Part shown: in pieces, positions 29,696-39,913 of the stretch | How positions within the stretch are numbered: the first letter of the stretch is position 1 | How the letters are laid out: each line of letters opens with the position of its first letter | NCBI GenBank assembly: GCA_040218735.1 | Contig: JAVJQW010000017.1 | Coordinates: 96,001 to 160,000 of the forward strand | Direction: 5' to 3' | Source of the DNA: Deltaproteobacteria bacterium | GTDB taxonomy: Bacteria > Myxococcota > Kuafuiibacteriia > Kuafuiibacteriales > Kuafuiibacteriaceae | Length of the DNA stretch: 64,000 bases | Made by a program: the position numbers and the translations under genes | Notes under the pieces: generated by a model | What the model was told of the DNA's origin: nothing | The model's database searches: none | What the model saw: only the letters and a program-made list of their open reading frames with translations

Positions 29696-30616
29696 TCAGT
29701 TGTCCTCACCACCGAGCAGGAAGCTCACACCGAGCTGCGCGTAGACGTTGCTGCGGATCGCGTCCGTGAACCGCTGCGTCGCCTCCTGCGTCTCGGGGCG
29801 GTAGACCCGCGCCGAGAACAGGTAGTCCTTGATCTCGAACTTCAGGCCGAGCCAGTTCGAGAAGTAGAAGCGAACACCGCCCGAGAGCGAGCCCATCACC
29901 TGCAGCGACGCCGGCTCGTAGACCTCTTCGAACTGGTCGCCCATCAGCGGCGGCGCCGCCGGGCACTCCTCGTTCGGGAACGCGACGGGGTCGAGCGCGG
30001 TGCCCGGCGTGCAGCGCACGCGGGTCTGACCGACGCCGACGCCAGCGCCGACGTAGAAGTTGAAGTTACCGAGCGAGGCGCCGAACAGCTGGACCTTCCC
30101 GTAGATGGGGCTCCACTGCACGCCGAGGCCGGCCGCCCAGAGCATCTGGGTCAGCTTCGCCGTCTCCGGCGTCAGCTTGCCCTTCTGCAGAATCTCGCGC
30201 GTCAGCCCCGACTCGGTCGGGAACATGTAGCCGCCGAACAGCTCGATGCCGAAGTTCTCCGCCACGTGGTACGTCACGCTCCCCGCCGGCGCGAACGTCT
30301 GCACGAACCGGTCGGTGAACGACGCCGCGAGGAGCGGGGTCAGCTCGAACTTGCCGTCGACGAGGAACGCCTTCCGCTGGACGGCGTAGATCGTCTCTTC
30401 CTGGTCCGCGATACGCGCGAAGGGCGCGTCGTCGTCGGCCATCTCTTCCGAGGCGTCCGCCCCGTCGTCCGCGGCCTCTTCCGTCGCCGCGCCGTCGGTG
30501 GGCGCGAGCGGATCGACCTCTTCGGTTTCAGCCTCGTCGTCCTGCGCGAACGCGAAGGTCGGCACCGCGACCGCCGCCGACAGAACGAAGGCCATCGTCT
30601 TGAACGCGCGCATCAT
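29696..30616 (-). CDS. GltA/GltB(NfsA/B)-family outer-membrane beta-barrel
   Basis: Signal peptide, IYAVQRKAFLVDGKFELTP, WSPIYGK, terminal LGVSFL. Confidence 0.85.
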   Translation of the reverse strand: MMRAFKTMAFVLSAAVAVPTFAFAQDDEAETEEVDPLAPTDGAATEEAADDGADASEEMADDDAPFARIADQEETIYAVQRKAFLVDGKFELTPLLAASFTDRFVQTFAPAGSVTYHVAENFGIELFGGYMFPTESGLTREILQKGKLTPETAKLTQMLWAAGLGVQWSPIYGKVQLFGASLGNFNFYVGAGVGVGQTRVRCTPGTALDPVAFPNEECPAAPPLMGDQFEEVYEPASLQVMGSLSGGVRFYFSNWLGLKFEIKDYLFSARVYRPETQEATQRFTDAIRSNVYAQLGVSFLLGGEDN

Positions 30617-31359
30617 TCATCCCCTCCGAACGCGAACTGCACGCCCGCCTGGAAGTGAAGGTTGAACGTGAAGCCGCCGACCTGGTTCGCCGGATCCGCG
30701 TAGTTCGCAGGATCGGGATAGAAGTAGTCGCGGAACTCGAGGCGCAGCGCCACGAGACGGCTGAAGTAGAACCTCAGGCCGAGGCCGAAGTTGAACATGG
30801 GACCGACCGCCGTCTCGTGCGAGACACCGGCGTTCGGGTCGCCCGTGAAGCCGCCGCTCTTGCGACGCGTCCCCGCGACGCCCGCACCCGCCACGAAGAA
30901 CAGGTCGAACGACGGGTCGAGCTCCGACGCGAACGAGATCTTGCCGTAGACCGGGACGAACATGACGTCCGCTCCCGCCATCCACTGCAGCTGGAACTGA
31001 TCGGACAGCTCCGGCTCCGAACCGAAGTTGCGTCGAATCTCGTCCATGATGCTCGTCTCGCTCCCGAAGAAGTAGCCTCCGTGGAACTCGAGGCCGAGGA
31101 GGTCCGAGAAGTTGAACTGATAGGCGCCCATGACGCCGATCGACTCCACGAACTTCGTCACCATCGATGTGGAGAAGAAGAGCGACGCCTGGTGTCGGCC
31201 CGACATACCGAACCGTTTGTCGACGAGGACCGGCAACAGCGCCGGATCCTCACCGCCCTGGAGCGCGAACGCTTCCGCGGCGGGAGCTAAGCACGCCGCG
31301 CCGGCGAGGAAGCCGACGAGGAGTGACCGAGTCGTTTTGCTGGGCCTTCTGGACATCAT
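30613..31359 (-). CDS. GltA/GltB(NfsA/B)-family outer-membrane beta-barrel
   Basis: Paralog of the neighbour: FVPVYGKIS, GLGLRFYFS, LEFRDY, terminal GVQFAF. Confidence 0.85.
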   Translation of the reverse strand: MMSRRPSKTTRSLLVGFLAGAACLAPAAEAFALQGGEDPALLPVLVDKRFGMSGRHQASLFFSTSMVTKFVESIGVMGAYQFNFSDLLGLEFHGGYFFGSETSIMDEIRRNFGSEPELSDQFQLQWMAGADVMFVPVYGKISFASELDPSFDLFFVAGAGVAGTRRKSGGFTGDPNAGVSHETAVGPMFNFGLGLRFYFSRLVALRLEFRDYFYPDPANYADPANQVGGFTFNLHFQAGVQFAFGGDE

Positions 31360-31488
31360 GTTCCTGATATCGCGCGCCAAATGGGCGATTCGGGTGTGCC
31401 GCTACCATGCACCCGGTAGGGTGACAACAGTGGCGTTCTCATTCCGCCGATTAACCGATTGGGGTTCCGCCGAGGCGACCGCTTCGGG

Positions 31489-32880
31489 TCAGTCCAACTG
31501 GACCATGCCGTAGGGTGTTCGGTAGGCGCCGACGTTGTCCGCGCGGAAGTACCCGAGGCTCATCGCCCCGTCGATCGCGATGATGTTCACGCGGTCGTCC
31601 GTGTACGGATCCGAGGCCATCACGCCGGCCGGTCCGTACGCCGTGAGGTGGTCCCAGTCGATGTTCGGGTTCGGCACGGCGTTCACCATGACCCGGACGC
31701 CGTCCATACCGATCCGCGCGATGCTGGAGCCCGAGGCGATGTAGAGGCTCCCGTCCGCGGCCCGCGCGAGGGCCGAGATGTTGGCGACCTCCGTCGCGAA
31801 CTCGTCGATCGGCGCGGACATCTCGGGCACGTACTGGAGGATCTTCCGCGTCGACGTCTCGCCGGCCAGGAAGCTGTTGTCGGGCCCCGGCGCGATCCCG
31901 TCGAACCGAAGCGTCGGATCGGTCGGGACGATCGAGCGGATATACGTCCCGTCCTCGGCGAACACCACGAACCGCACGACCGGCGTCCGGTTGCTCCGCA
32001 CGTCGAGCACCACCACGCGCCCGTCGTCGAGCTGCGCCATACCGTAGGCGGTCGCGGTGTCGAGGAACGCCGTCCCCATGTCGTCCGTCTCGAAGGTACC
32101 GAGCAGGACGTTCTCCCCGGTCAGGCGGAAGCGCCGCAGAGACTGGGGCGTGGTGCCGGTGTCCAGCACGAGCAGCTCGCCGTTCCTCAGGAGGATGACG
32201 TCCCGCGGGCCGCGTACGAACGAGTCACCGTCGAGGAAGCGCCCCTGCGTGAAGTTGACGCTCGTCGCCGGCAGCCCGTCCGAGGCCACCGCGTAGACCG
32301 AGTCACTCGTCCCGAACAGGAGGTTGCCTTCGATCGTCACCGACGCACGCGCCGTGACGTCCGGCCCACCTGCGGCCTCCGCGTGCAACACGATCTCGAA
32401 GGTCGTCGTCGCGTACCAGGTGGGCACGTCCGCCAACACGAAGCTCACGGTGCCCGCCGCGTCGACCGACAGATCGATCGTGACGTCGGTCAGCACGAGC
32501 GCGGGCAGCGCCATGCGGCGCGTCGCCACGATCTCGTCGACCTCCACCGCGAAGCTCAGGACCGCGCCGCCCGCGTTCTCGATCTCGGGCGTGAACGTCA
32601 CCGGAGCGCGCACGACGGTCCGATCCACGGAGGGCGTCAGCGCGACGATACAGTATGGGACGCCCGCGCACGGATCGGCGCCGCCGTCGCGCGGGGTCTC
32701 GCCCCCGTCGCGCGGCACGTCGCCGCCATCGCGATCGGGATCCTCGACCCCACCGTCCCGCGGCGCATCGGCGCCCGCGTCGCGGGGAGGCGTCGTACCG
32801 CTGTCGCGATCGCGCACGATGATCTCTTGCCCGCAGGCCGTCACCGCCATCAACACGATGGGGAGCGCTCGGCAGCCCAT
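31489..32880 (-). CDS. Lipoprotein with RDGG-repeat linker, Ig-like domain and probable beta-propeller
   Basis: Lipobox VTAC from ATG 32880; RDSG/RDAG/RDGG linker repeats; NHL-like blades (GPRDVILLRNGELLVLD, AYGMAQLDDGRVVVLD). Confidence 0.75.
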   Translation of the reverse strand: MGCRALPIVLMAVTACGQEIIVRDRDSGTTPPRDAGADAPRDGGVEDPDRDGGDVPRDGGETPRDGGADPCAGVPYCIVALTPSVDRTVVRAPVTFTPEIENAGGAVLSFAVEVDEIVATRRMALPALVLTDVTIDLSVDAAGTVSFVLADVPTWYATTTFEIVLHAEAAGGPDVTARASVTIEGNLLFGTSDSVYAVASDGLPATSVNFTQGRFLDGDSFVRGPRDVILLRNGELLVLDTGTTPQSLRRFRLTGENVLLGTFETDDMGTAFLDTATAYGMAQLDDGRVVVLDVRSNRTPVVRFVVFAEDGTYIRSIVPTDPTLRFDGIAPGPDNSFLAGETSTRKILQYVPEMSAPIDEFATEVANISALARAADGSLYIASGSSIARIGMDGVRVMVNAVPNPNIDWDHLTAYGPAGVMASDPYTDDRVNIIAIDGAMSLGYFRADNVGAYRTPYGMVQLD

Positions 32881-32924
32881 GTCGGTGATATACGACCAAC
32901 GGGCACGCATCTGTCCATGGTTCG

Positions 32925-34571
32925 ATGAACGGAGATCCGAAGACGTCCGATCGGAAGAAGCCGCGGCGCCGTCGCCGAAAGCGAACCCGTGCGACCGCAC
33001 CGCTGGAAGCGAAGGCGGTCCTCGATCTTTCACGCCCGTCGGACGAACAGCTCAGTAGGGAAGAAGTCGAGGAAGCCGTCGCGCACCTTCGCTTCCTGAA
33101 GCGATTCAAGCGCGCGCTCCGACTCTCGCTCAACGCGACGGAGGACCTCCTCGTCAACGGCGTCAAACCGCCCGCGGAGCGCGGCGTGGTCAAACACCTG
33201 TTCGGCAAAGTCGACCGACAGGTCATCGACCAGGCCCTCGCGCGCGCGCCGCTGTCGACCGACCAAGCGCTCCGCGCCGACTTCCTCGCCGGGATCGTTC
33301 GCCTCCACCCGACACACGCGACGCTCCTCGCGTACCTCGACGCCGTCCGACAGACCGCGGATCGCCGGGACGCGATCCGTGCGTTCGCGCTCACCGTCGA
33401 GCGGATGCGCTTCGACACCGCGTCGAGCGCGGAGCTCGCCCAGACCGTCGCGCTCGTCGCGCGGGCCTTCGACGGCGCGGATCGCATCCGCGCGTACCTC
33501 GGCCTCCTCGCCTCCGACACCTTCCGCGCCGCGTGGGCCAACGCCCGCGCCGAGGTCGACGCGGGGATCGTGAAGGCCTTCGCACCGCTCGAAGCCGCGT
33601 ACGCCGTCGTCGCGCAGGGCGCGGTGGTCCCCGAGGAAGCCGCGAAGCGCCGCCTCGTCGCCGACGGGCTCACGACCTGGCTCGACGCGCCGCCCGCGAC
33701 GCTCGCGAGTTATCCGGCGCCGCTGCGCACGCAGCTCGCGCGCGCAGCGCTCGACCACGCGTCGGACGCGCCGTCCGACAACCTCGTTCGCCTGATCGGC
33801 TCGATCGACGCCGACGATCCCGCGTACAAGGACACGGCGATGCGCTTCGCATCGCGACTCGCACGCACCGGCGACGCCAAGCGCGCCGCGAAGGTGCTGA
33901 AGCCCGTCGCCGAGAAACACCCGAAGGACCGACGCCTCCAGCAGGTCGCCGAAGCGATGACGTGGCCCTTCGTCGGCCCGCTCGCCATCGAGCCGGGCCG
34001 CGGTCGCTTGCGTCGCGCGTACGCCCTGAACAGCGGTCACTTCGGTTGGGCGCGGACCGCTCCGGCGAAGGACGCCGCGCGCCTCGCTGCCGAAACCCGC
34101 CTCAACCTCGACCTGCTGGTGCCCGGCGTGGCGACGGTGCTCGAACACGGGCTCGGCGACGACGGGACCGCGTTTGTGTTCTCGATCGCCGACGGCTACC
34201 CCCTCGCCGAAGAGCGACGCGCCCCGCGTCTGGACCGCGCGCTCGCCCGCGCAGATCTGGCAGTGCGAACCATGCGGACGCTCTCGGCGTTCGGCATCGA
34301 GCTCCCGGACGTCGACCCCCGCCGCTTCTTCGTTTCGCGCGACAGCGTCTTGCTCGTGGATCTGGAAGGTGCGCGAGCGAGCGATCCCACGCGTGCCGCG
34401 CTCGCGAACGCCCCCCACGCGCAGGCGATCGCGGTGGCGCTGTGCTCGGACGGCGACGCGCTGCGATCCGACCTGCCTGCGCCTCTGCTGCGGCGACTCG
34501 AATCGAATACACCGCTGTTCCTGCTCGTGCGCACTCTGGCCGAAGTGAGAACAGCGCGCGACGACGCTTGA
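32925..34571 (+). CDS. Helical-repeat protein with C-terminal degenerate protein-kinase-like domain
   Basis: 548-aa ORF; C-terminal PGVATVLEHG, GIELPDVDPRRFFV, LLVDLEGA echo kinase subdomains IV, VIb and VII. Confidence 0.65.
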   Translation: MNGDPKTSDRKKPRRRRRKRTRATAPLEAKAVLDLSRPSDEQLSREEVEEAVAHLRFLKRFKRALRLSLNATEDLLVNGVKPPAERGVVKHLFGKVDRQVIDQALARAPLSTDQALRADFLAGIVRLHPTHATLLAYLDAVRQTADRRDAIRAFALTVERMRFDTASSAELAQTVALVARAFDGADRIRAYLGLLASDTFRAAWANARAEVDAGIVKAFAPLEAAYAVVAQGAVVPEEAAKRRLVADGLTTWLDAPPATLASYPAPLRTQLARAALDHASDAPSDNLVRLIGSIDADDPAYKDTAMRFASRLARTGDAKRAAKVLKPVAEKHPKDRRLQQVAEAMTWPFVGPLAIEPGRGRLRRAYALNSGHFGWARTAPAKDAARLAAETRLNLDLLVPGVATVLEHGLGDDGTAFVFSIADGYPLAEERRAPRLDRALARADLAVRTMRTLSAFGIELPDVDPRRFFVSRDSVLLVDLEGARASDPTRAALANAPHAQAIAVALCSDGDALRSDLPAPLLRRLESNTPLFLLVRTLAEVRTARDDA

Positions 34572-34608
34572 TCGACCGAGGCTGACGGCCCTTTGATGGG
34601 ACGTCCCC

Positions 34609-37239
34609 GTGCTGTCCCGGCTCCGCCAACGTGCGATCACCACGCTCGACCGATTCGTCGAGCCGGAGGTGCTGCGTCACGAGCCGGAGCTGTCGGTGCG
34701 CAACCGCCTCGTGGCGATGAGCGCCATCGCGCTCGTCCTGTCGTCGGCGCTGTTCGTCGCGTCGCTCGTCGGACTCTCGGGCGAGTTCGGCCGCATCGCC
34801 CAGCTGATCGCGATCGGCGTGCCGCTGTACGCGATGGGGCTGGTGCTGCTGCGCGCGTCGAGTCGTTCGAGCGCACCCGGCGCGTGGCTCTGCGGCGTGA
34901 TGATCTTCATCCTCGGAGGCGTCCAGTACCTCAGCGGCGGCTTTCACGCGGCGGTGTTGCCGTGGCTGCTGATCGTGCTCGTGCTGTCGACGCTCCTCGT
35001 CAACCACGGCTTCGCCGCGATCTGCGCGGTGGTGTTGATCGCCGGCCAGGGTGCGCTCTTCCTGCTGCTGAAGAGTCAATTCACGTTCCCGGTGCACCGC
35101 ACCACGGAGGAGCCGACGGTCGTCTTCCTCTCGACGGTCGTCGCGCTGGGGATCGGCGTCGTCGTCGCGTGGCTCGACGACGCCTCGCGTACGCGCACAC
35201 GGACGCAGCTGTCGCGGACGCTCGCGAAGCTCCGCAACGCCAACGAGAACCTCCGCGTCGCCTCCGAGAACGCGAGCTCCGCGAACGCGGCGAAGATGCA
35301 GTTCGTCGCGAACATCAGCCACGAGCTGCGCACGCCGATGAACGGCGTGATCGGGATGACGGATCTGCTGATCGATTCGCAGCTGTCACCCGAGCAACGC
35401 GACTACGCGGAGACGATCCGCACTTCGGCCGGCTCGCTGCTCACGGTGATCGACGACGTGCTCGACTTCTCCAAGCTCGAGTTCAAGAAGCTCGAGCTCG
35501 AAGTCGGCGAGTTCGATCTGGAAGCGCTCGTCGAAGAGGCGATCGCGATCGTCGGCGCCGCCGCCTACGAGCGCGGCATCGAGCTGTCGCTGAAGATCGC
35601 GACGGACCTCCCGCTCGACGTGATCGGCGACCAGAACCGCCTGCGGCAGGTGCTCTTGAACCTCCTCAACAACGCGATCAAGTTCACCGAGCAAGGTGAG
35701 GTGTCGCTCGTCGTCACGCGCGCCAGCGAAGAGTCCGGCCGGGTGCGCTTCGAGGTCCGCGACACGGGTTGCGGCATCGATCCCGAACGGCTCCCGCTCG
35801 TGTTCGACTCGTTCTACCAGACCGACAGCAGCCGCACGCGAACCCACGGCGGCGTCGGCCTCGGGCTCGCGATCTCGAAGCACCTCGTCACGCTGATGGG
35901 GGGCGAGTTGGACGTCGAGAGCGTCGTCGGTGAGGGGAGCGCGTTCTTCTTCGAGGTGCACCTGATCTACGACGTGCACGACGAAGAGTTCGACGACCGG
36001 TCGCGCACGCTTCAGGGCCTACGCGTCGTCGGGTTGCTCGGACGGGATCGGCCGTGGGCGGCGGACGCGCTCGAAGCGATGTTGGCGCGCGCCGGGATCG
36101 CGCTGGCGCACGTCGAGGAGCGCGAGGAAGTCGCAGAGATGCTCGTGGAGGCGGAGGCTGACAGCTTCCCGTACCGCGTCGTGATGGTCGACGCCGACCG
36201 GGACGCGGCGCTCACGCTCCCGAACGAGATCCTGGCGCTGCGGCTGGAGACGATGCCTTCGATCGTGCTGCTGACGGAGCCCCAGGCTCGACGCGTGCGC
36301 GAGCGTGCGGCGACCACGGCCTACGCCAACTGCGTGACGAAGCCGCTGCGACGCGCGCACGTGATGGCGTGTGTGTCGGCGGCGCTGCGCCGCGGCCCTC
36401 AGGAGTTCGACGAGACCGCGACGCTCGAAGAGGCGCCGCCGAGTCGCGCGCGCGTCCTCGTCGCGGAGGACAACGAGATCAATCGCCGCCTCGCGCTGCT
36501 GATGCTGGAGAAGCTCGGCTACGTCGCCGACGCGGTGGCGGACGGCCAGGCGGTGCTCGAGGCGCTCGCCAAGGAGCGCTACGACGCGATCTTGATGGAC
36601 CTGCAGATGCCGTTGCTCGACGGTTTCGACACGACCGCTGCGATCCGGTCGCTACCGGAGGAGGGGCGGCACACGACGATCATCGCGATGTCGGCGAACG
36701 CGCGCGCGATCGATCGACGGCGGTGCCTCGACGCCGGGATGAACGCGTTCCTCCCGAAGCCGGTCGGCCTCGACCAGCTCGAGTCGACGTTGCAGCAGTG
36801 GATCTTCGGCGCGGTGCCGGTGCCGTGGGCGCAGGGGGACACGCCGATCCCGCTCCCCAACGAGACCCTCGACCGTGGGCTGCTCGACAGCCTGCGCGAG
36901 CTCTCGGGGGATCGCGAGGATCTGTTCCGCGAGCTGATCGACGCGTTCCTCGACGACGCGCCGTCCGCGCTGTCGTCGATGATGGAGTTCATCGAGCGCA
37001 ACGCGTTTGGCGCGCTCGCCGACGGAGCGCATCGCCTGAAGTCGAGCAGCGGCAACCTCGGAGCGCAGCGCATGGCGGCGCTCCTCGTCCGGCTCGAGCA
37101 GGCGGCGGAGTCGAAGGACGTGGAACGCGCGAGTGTGTTGCTCGAACAGGTACGCGCCGAGCAAGAGCGTGCGGCGGGCGCGCTCCACGCCTACGTTCGG
37201 GACCTACGAGCAGCCCAGGTCAGCGACGTTCGCGCCTGA
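34609..37239 (+). CDS. Membrane hybrid sensor histidine kinase (HisKA, HATPase, two REC, Hpt)
   Basis: FVANISHELRTPMNG, NLLNNAIKFT, DTGCGI, GVGLGL, ILMDLQMP, AHRLKSSSGNLGA; several N-terminal TM helices. Confidence 0.96.
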   Translation: MLSRLRQRAITTLDRFVEPEVLRHEPELSVRNRLVAMSAIALVLSSALFVASLVGLSGEFGRIAQLIAIGVPLYAMGLVLLRASSRSSAPGAWLCGVMIFILGGVQYLSGGFHAAVLPWLLIVLVLSTLLVNHGFAAICAVVLIAGQGALFLLLKSQFTFPVHRTTEEPTVVFLSTVVALGIGVVVAWLDDASRTRTRTQLSRTLAKLRNANENLRVASENASSANAAKMQFVANISHELRTPMNGVIGMTDLLIDSQLSPEQRDYAETIRTSAGSLLTVIDDVLDFSKLEFKKLELEVGEFDLEALVEEAIAIVGAAAYERGIELSLKIATDLPLDVIGDQNRLRQVLLNLLNNAIKFTEQGEVSLVVTRASEESGRVRFEVRDTGCGIDPERLPLVFDSFYQTDSSRTRTHGGVGLGLAISKHLVTLMGGELDVESVVGEGSAFFFEVHLIYDVHDEEFDDRSRTLQGLRVVGLLGRDRPWAADALEAMLARAGIALAHVEEREEVAEMLVEAEADSFPYRVVMVDADRDAALTLPNEILALRLETMPSIVLLTEPQARRVRERAATTAYANCVTKPLRRAHVMACVSAALRRGPQEFDETATLEEAPPSRARVLVAEDNEINRRLALLMLEKLGYVADAVADGQAVLEALAKERYDAILMDLQMPLLDGFDTTAAIRSLPEEGRHTTIIAMSANARAIDRRRCLDAGMNAFLPKPVGLDQLESTLQQWIFGAVPVPWAQGDTPIPLPNETLDRGLLDSLRELSGDREDLFRELIDAFLDDAPSALSSMMEFIERNAFGALADGAHRLKSSSGNLGAQRMAALLVRLEQAAESKDVERASVLLEQVRAEQERAAGALHAYVRDLRAAQVSDVRA

Positions 37240-37924
37240 GCGCCTGCGCCTGACCGTTGCTCCGCGGGAGGTTGTCGACCGCGAGGAGGCCCCACCCGTC
37301 GTCGCCCGCGTACGAGAGCGACACGAGGCGCCAGTGCGCCCACTGACCGAATTGCTCGCGGCGGACGAGCGCGCGGATCTGGTCGCCGGCCGAGAACGGC
37401 CCGACGGGTCCGTGCGCGGCGAAGACCCGGAGTGAGCCGTCGCGGAGGCGGAGGCGGACGACGGCGGCGTCGTCGGCGGGGCGGTAGCGAACGGCGTCGA
37501 TGCGGCCGCGGACGATCTGCAGGTCGGCCTCCGGATCCTCCATGCGGCGGACGAGGGAGCGGATCAGCGGCGCGAGGTCGGTGTAGCCGGACCGGCGGGC
37601 TTCGTCGTCGACGAGCATCGCGGCCGCGGTGGCGGCGTCGTCGTCGTAGCCAGCGAGGATGCGCACGAGCCGGAGGCCGGCGCCCTTGGCGTACATCTGA
37701 TCGGCGTAGCTCTTACGGGGGGCGAGGCGGGCGGCGAGGTACAGGCGGACGGCTTCGACGGAGCCGCCGTTTTCTTCGGCGGCGAGGGCGGCGTTGAAGA
37801 GGCGGCGCGGGGACCAGACCGTCGTGCCGGTGGTCGGCGCGGCGCGGACGAGCGTCGGCGACGCTTCGGCGACTTGGGCGAACGCCAGGGTGGCGAACAG
37901 GAGCGCGGGGGCGAACCGGGGCAC
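37220..37924 (-). CDS. Hypothetical secreted protein
   Basis: Signal peptide (MPRFAPALLFATLAFAQVAEA), helical N-half, beta-rich C-half. Confidence 0.65.
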   Translation of the reverse strand: MPRFAPALLFATLAFAQVAEASPTLVRAAPTTGTTVWSPRRLFNAALAAEENGGSVEAVRLYLAARLAPRKSYADQMYAKGAGLRLVRILAGYDDDAATAAAMLVDDEARRSGYTDLAPLIRSLVRRMEDPEADLQIVRGRIDAVRYRPADDAAVVRLRLRDGSLRVFAAHGPVGPFSAGDQIRALVRREQFGQWAHWRLVSLSYAGDDGWGLLAVDNLPRSNGQAQALRRERR

Positions 37925-38203
37925 GTCCTACGCTCTTACAAGACTCGCGCCGAATGGATCAGAGGTGGGATTCGTCCGGGACAGGGGTCCCGCTCCGGAG
38001 ATCCAGATCCGGCCGCCGTCGGGGCTGGAGCCGGATCCAGAAAACCTCGAGTCCTTCTCCACACTTGCCCTCGTCTTAGAAATTCGGAGATTTTTCTCCG
38101 ACATGTGGCCGCCGCTCGCCTCGGTCGATGCGCGGACCAAGGAATCCGTCCGGGGCGAGTAGAAGGGGGTGTTGCCACGCGCGATCGTGAGGACAGGACG
38201 CAC

Positions 38204-39901
38204 ATGACCGACGTTCGTGACGGGCCCCCGAGCTTCGAGGGGCGAGTGCTCCAGGATCGATGGGAGGTCGGTCCGCGGATCGGCGCGGGCGGCATGGCCA
38301 CCGTGTACGCCGGCACCGACCGCCGACTCGGCCGACCGGTGGCGTGCAAGATCCTCCACCCGCACATCGCCGAGATTCCGGAGGCGCGTGAGCGTCTCGC
38401 CCGCGAGGCGCGCGCGATCGCGCAGCTCAAACACGAGAACGTGATCGAGGTGTACGACTACTCGATCGAGGATCCGCACTGCACGTGGCTGGTCACCGAG
38501 CTGATCGAGGGTGGCACACTGCGTCAGTTCCAAGACCGCCACGACCGCCCGATGCCGGAGATCGCGGTGATGATCGCGACGGAGGTCGTGCGCGCGCTGC
38601 GGGCGGCGCACGAGGTCGGCGTCATCCACCGCGACGTCAAACCGGACAACATCCTCATCGGCAAGTCGGGGCGCCCGAAGCTGTCGGACTTCGGCATCGC
38701 GAAGGTGCTCAACGAGTCGAAGATGACGATGACCGGCAACCTCGTCGGCTCGCCGAGTTACATGTCGCCGGAGCAGGCCGACGGCCTGCACACCGACCAC
38801 CGCACGGACCTCTACAGCGTCGGCATCCTCCTGTACCGCCTCGTGACGGGCACCCTCCCCTTCCGCGGCGCGTCGCCGCTCGAGACGATTCGTCTGGTCT
38901 CCCGCGGTGAGTACGTCGACCCCGCGGACCTCGCGCCGCAGAGCGCGGGCGCGGTCGCGGGCATCATCCGGCGCGCGCTCACGGTCGACATCGAAGAGCG
39001 CTACCAGACGGCCGACGAGATGCTCGCGGATCTCGTGCAGGTGCTGCAGGACGCGGGGCTGTCGGCGACGTCCGAGGTGCTGCCGCAGTACTTCGCAGAT
39101 CCGACGGGTTACGAGAGCGCGTTGCGCCCGAAGCTCGCGCGTGAGCTCGAAGTGCGCGGCAAGGCGTTGCTCGAAGCCGGCGAAGAGAGTCGCGCGGTGG
39201 ACTGCTTCAACCGCGCGCTGACGCTCGGGGACGGGAGCCAGCAGACGTTCGATCTCGTCGAGCAGCTCTCGAAGCGACGGAAACGCGGGCGCGTCGGGCG
39301 CATGTTGTGGACGGCGGGGATCGCGATCGGCGCGGCGGCGATGGTCGCGGCCGGCATCGTCGCGATCGATCTGCTGTCGACGGAGCCACACGGCCCGGCG
39401 ATCGCGCAGACCAAGACACCGGACGCCGTGGACGTCGAACCGATCGAGGAGGTGGCCGCCGCTCCCTCGGACACGGCGGAGGAGGTCATCGAGCCCCCCG
39501 TCGAGGCCACGCCGCCGACGCCCGAGCCCGAAGCCGAGACCGAGGTCGCGAGCGAGGCGAAGGCCGAACCGGAGCCGGCGCCGACGCGGCGTCGACGGGT
39601 CACGCGCACGCGACGGACGAAGCCCGTCGAAGCCGAGCCCGCGCCCACGGTGCGCGAGGCGCCGCCCGAGGCCGAAGCCAAGTTCGGGACGCTGCACGTG
39701 GGCACGAAGGTCTGGGCGGATCTGTACATCGACGGGCACAAGGTCGGACGTGCGCCGGAGCAGACGCGGTACCCGCTTCCGCCGGGCACGTATCGGCTGC
39801 GCGCGATCCAACCGAATTCCAGTTGCATCCCGTTCGAGCGCACGTTCACAATCCGCCCGGGTCAGACGGAGCGGATGCGGTTGCAGATCGCCTGCCCCTG
39901 A
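38204..39901 (+). CDS. Membrane Ser/Thr protein kinase with C-terminal PEGA-like domain
   Basis: GAGGMA, VACK, HRDVKPDN, DFG, YMSPE; TM helix; WADLYIDG...LPPGTY. Confidence 0.95.
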   Translation: MTDVRDGPPSFEGRVLQDRWEVGPRIGAGGMATVYAGTDRRLGRPVACKILHPHIAEIPEARERLAREARAIAQLKHENVIEVYDYSIEDPHCTWLVTELIEGGTLRQFQDRHDRPMPEIAVMIATEVVRALRAAHEVGVIHRDVKPDNILIGKSGRPKLSDFGIAKVLNESKMTMTGNLVGSPSYMSPEQADGLHTDHRTDLYSVGILLYRLVTGTLPFRGASPLETIRLVSRGEYVDPADLAPQSAGAVAGIIRRALTVDIEERYQTADEMLADLVQVLQDAGLSATSEVLPQYFADPTGYESALRPKLARELEVRGKALLEAGEESRAVDCFNRALTLGDGSQQTFDLVEQLSKRRKRGRVGRMLWTAGIAIGAAAMVAAGIVAIDLLSTEPHGPAIAQTKTPDAVDVEPIEEVAAAPSDTAEEVIEPPVEATPPTPEPEAETEVASEAKAEPEPAPTRRRRVTRTRRTKPVEAEPAPTVREAPPEAEAKFGTLHVGTKVWADLYIDGHKVGRAPEQTRYPLPPGTYRLRAIQPNSSCIPFERTFTIRPGQTERMRLQIACP

Positions 39902-39913
39902 CGCGCGCTGGGT

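Noticed and set aside
31489-32880. gltK/cglC assignment for the lipoprotein upstream of the barrels
   Set aside because: Position fits, but the size and propeller-like architecture do not match the small GltK lipoprotein.
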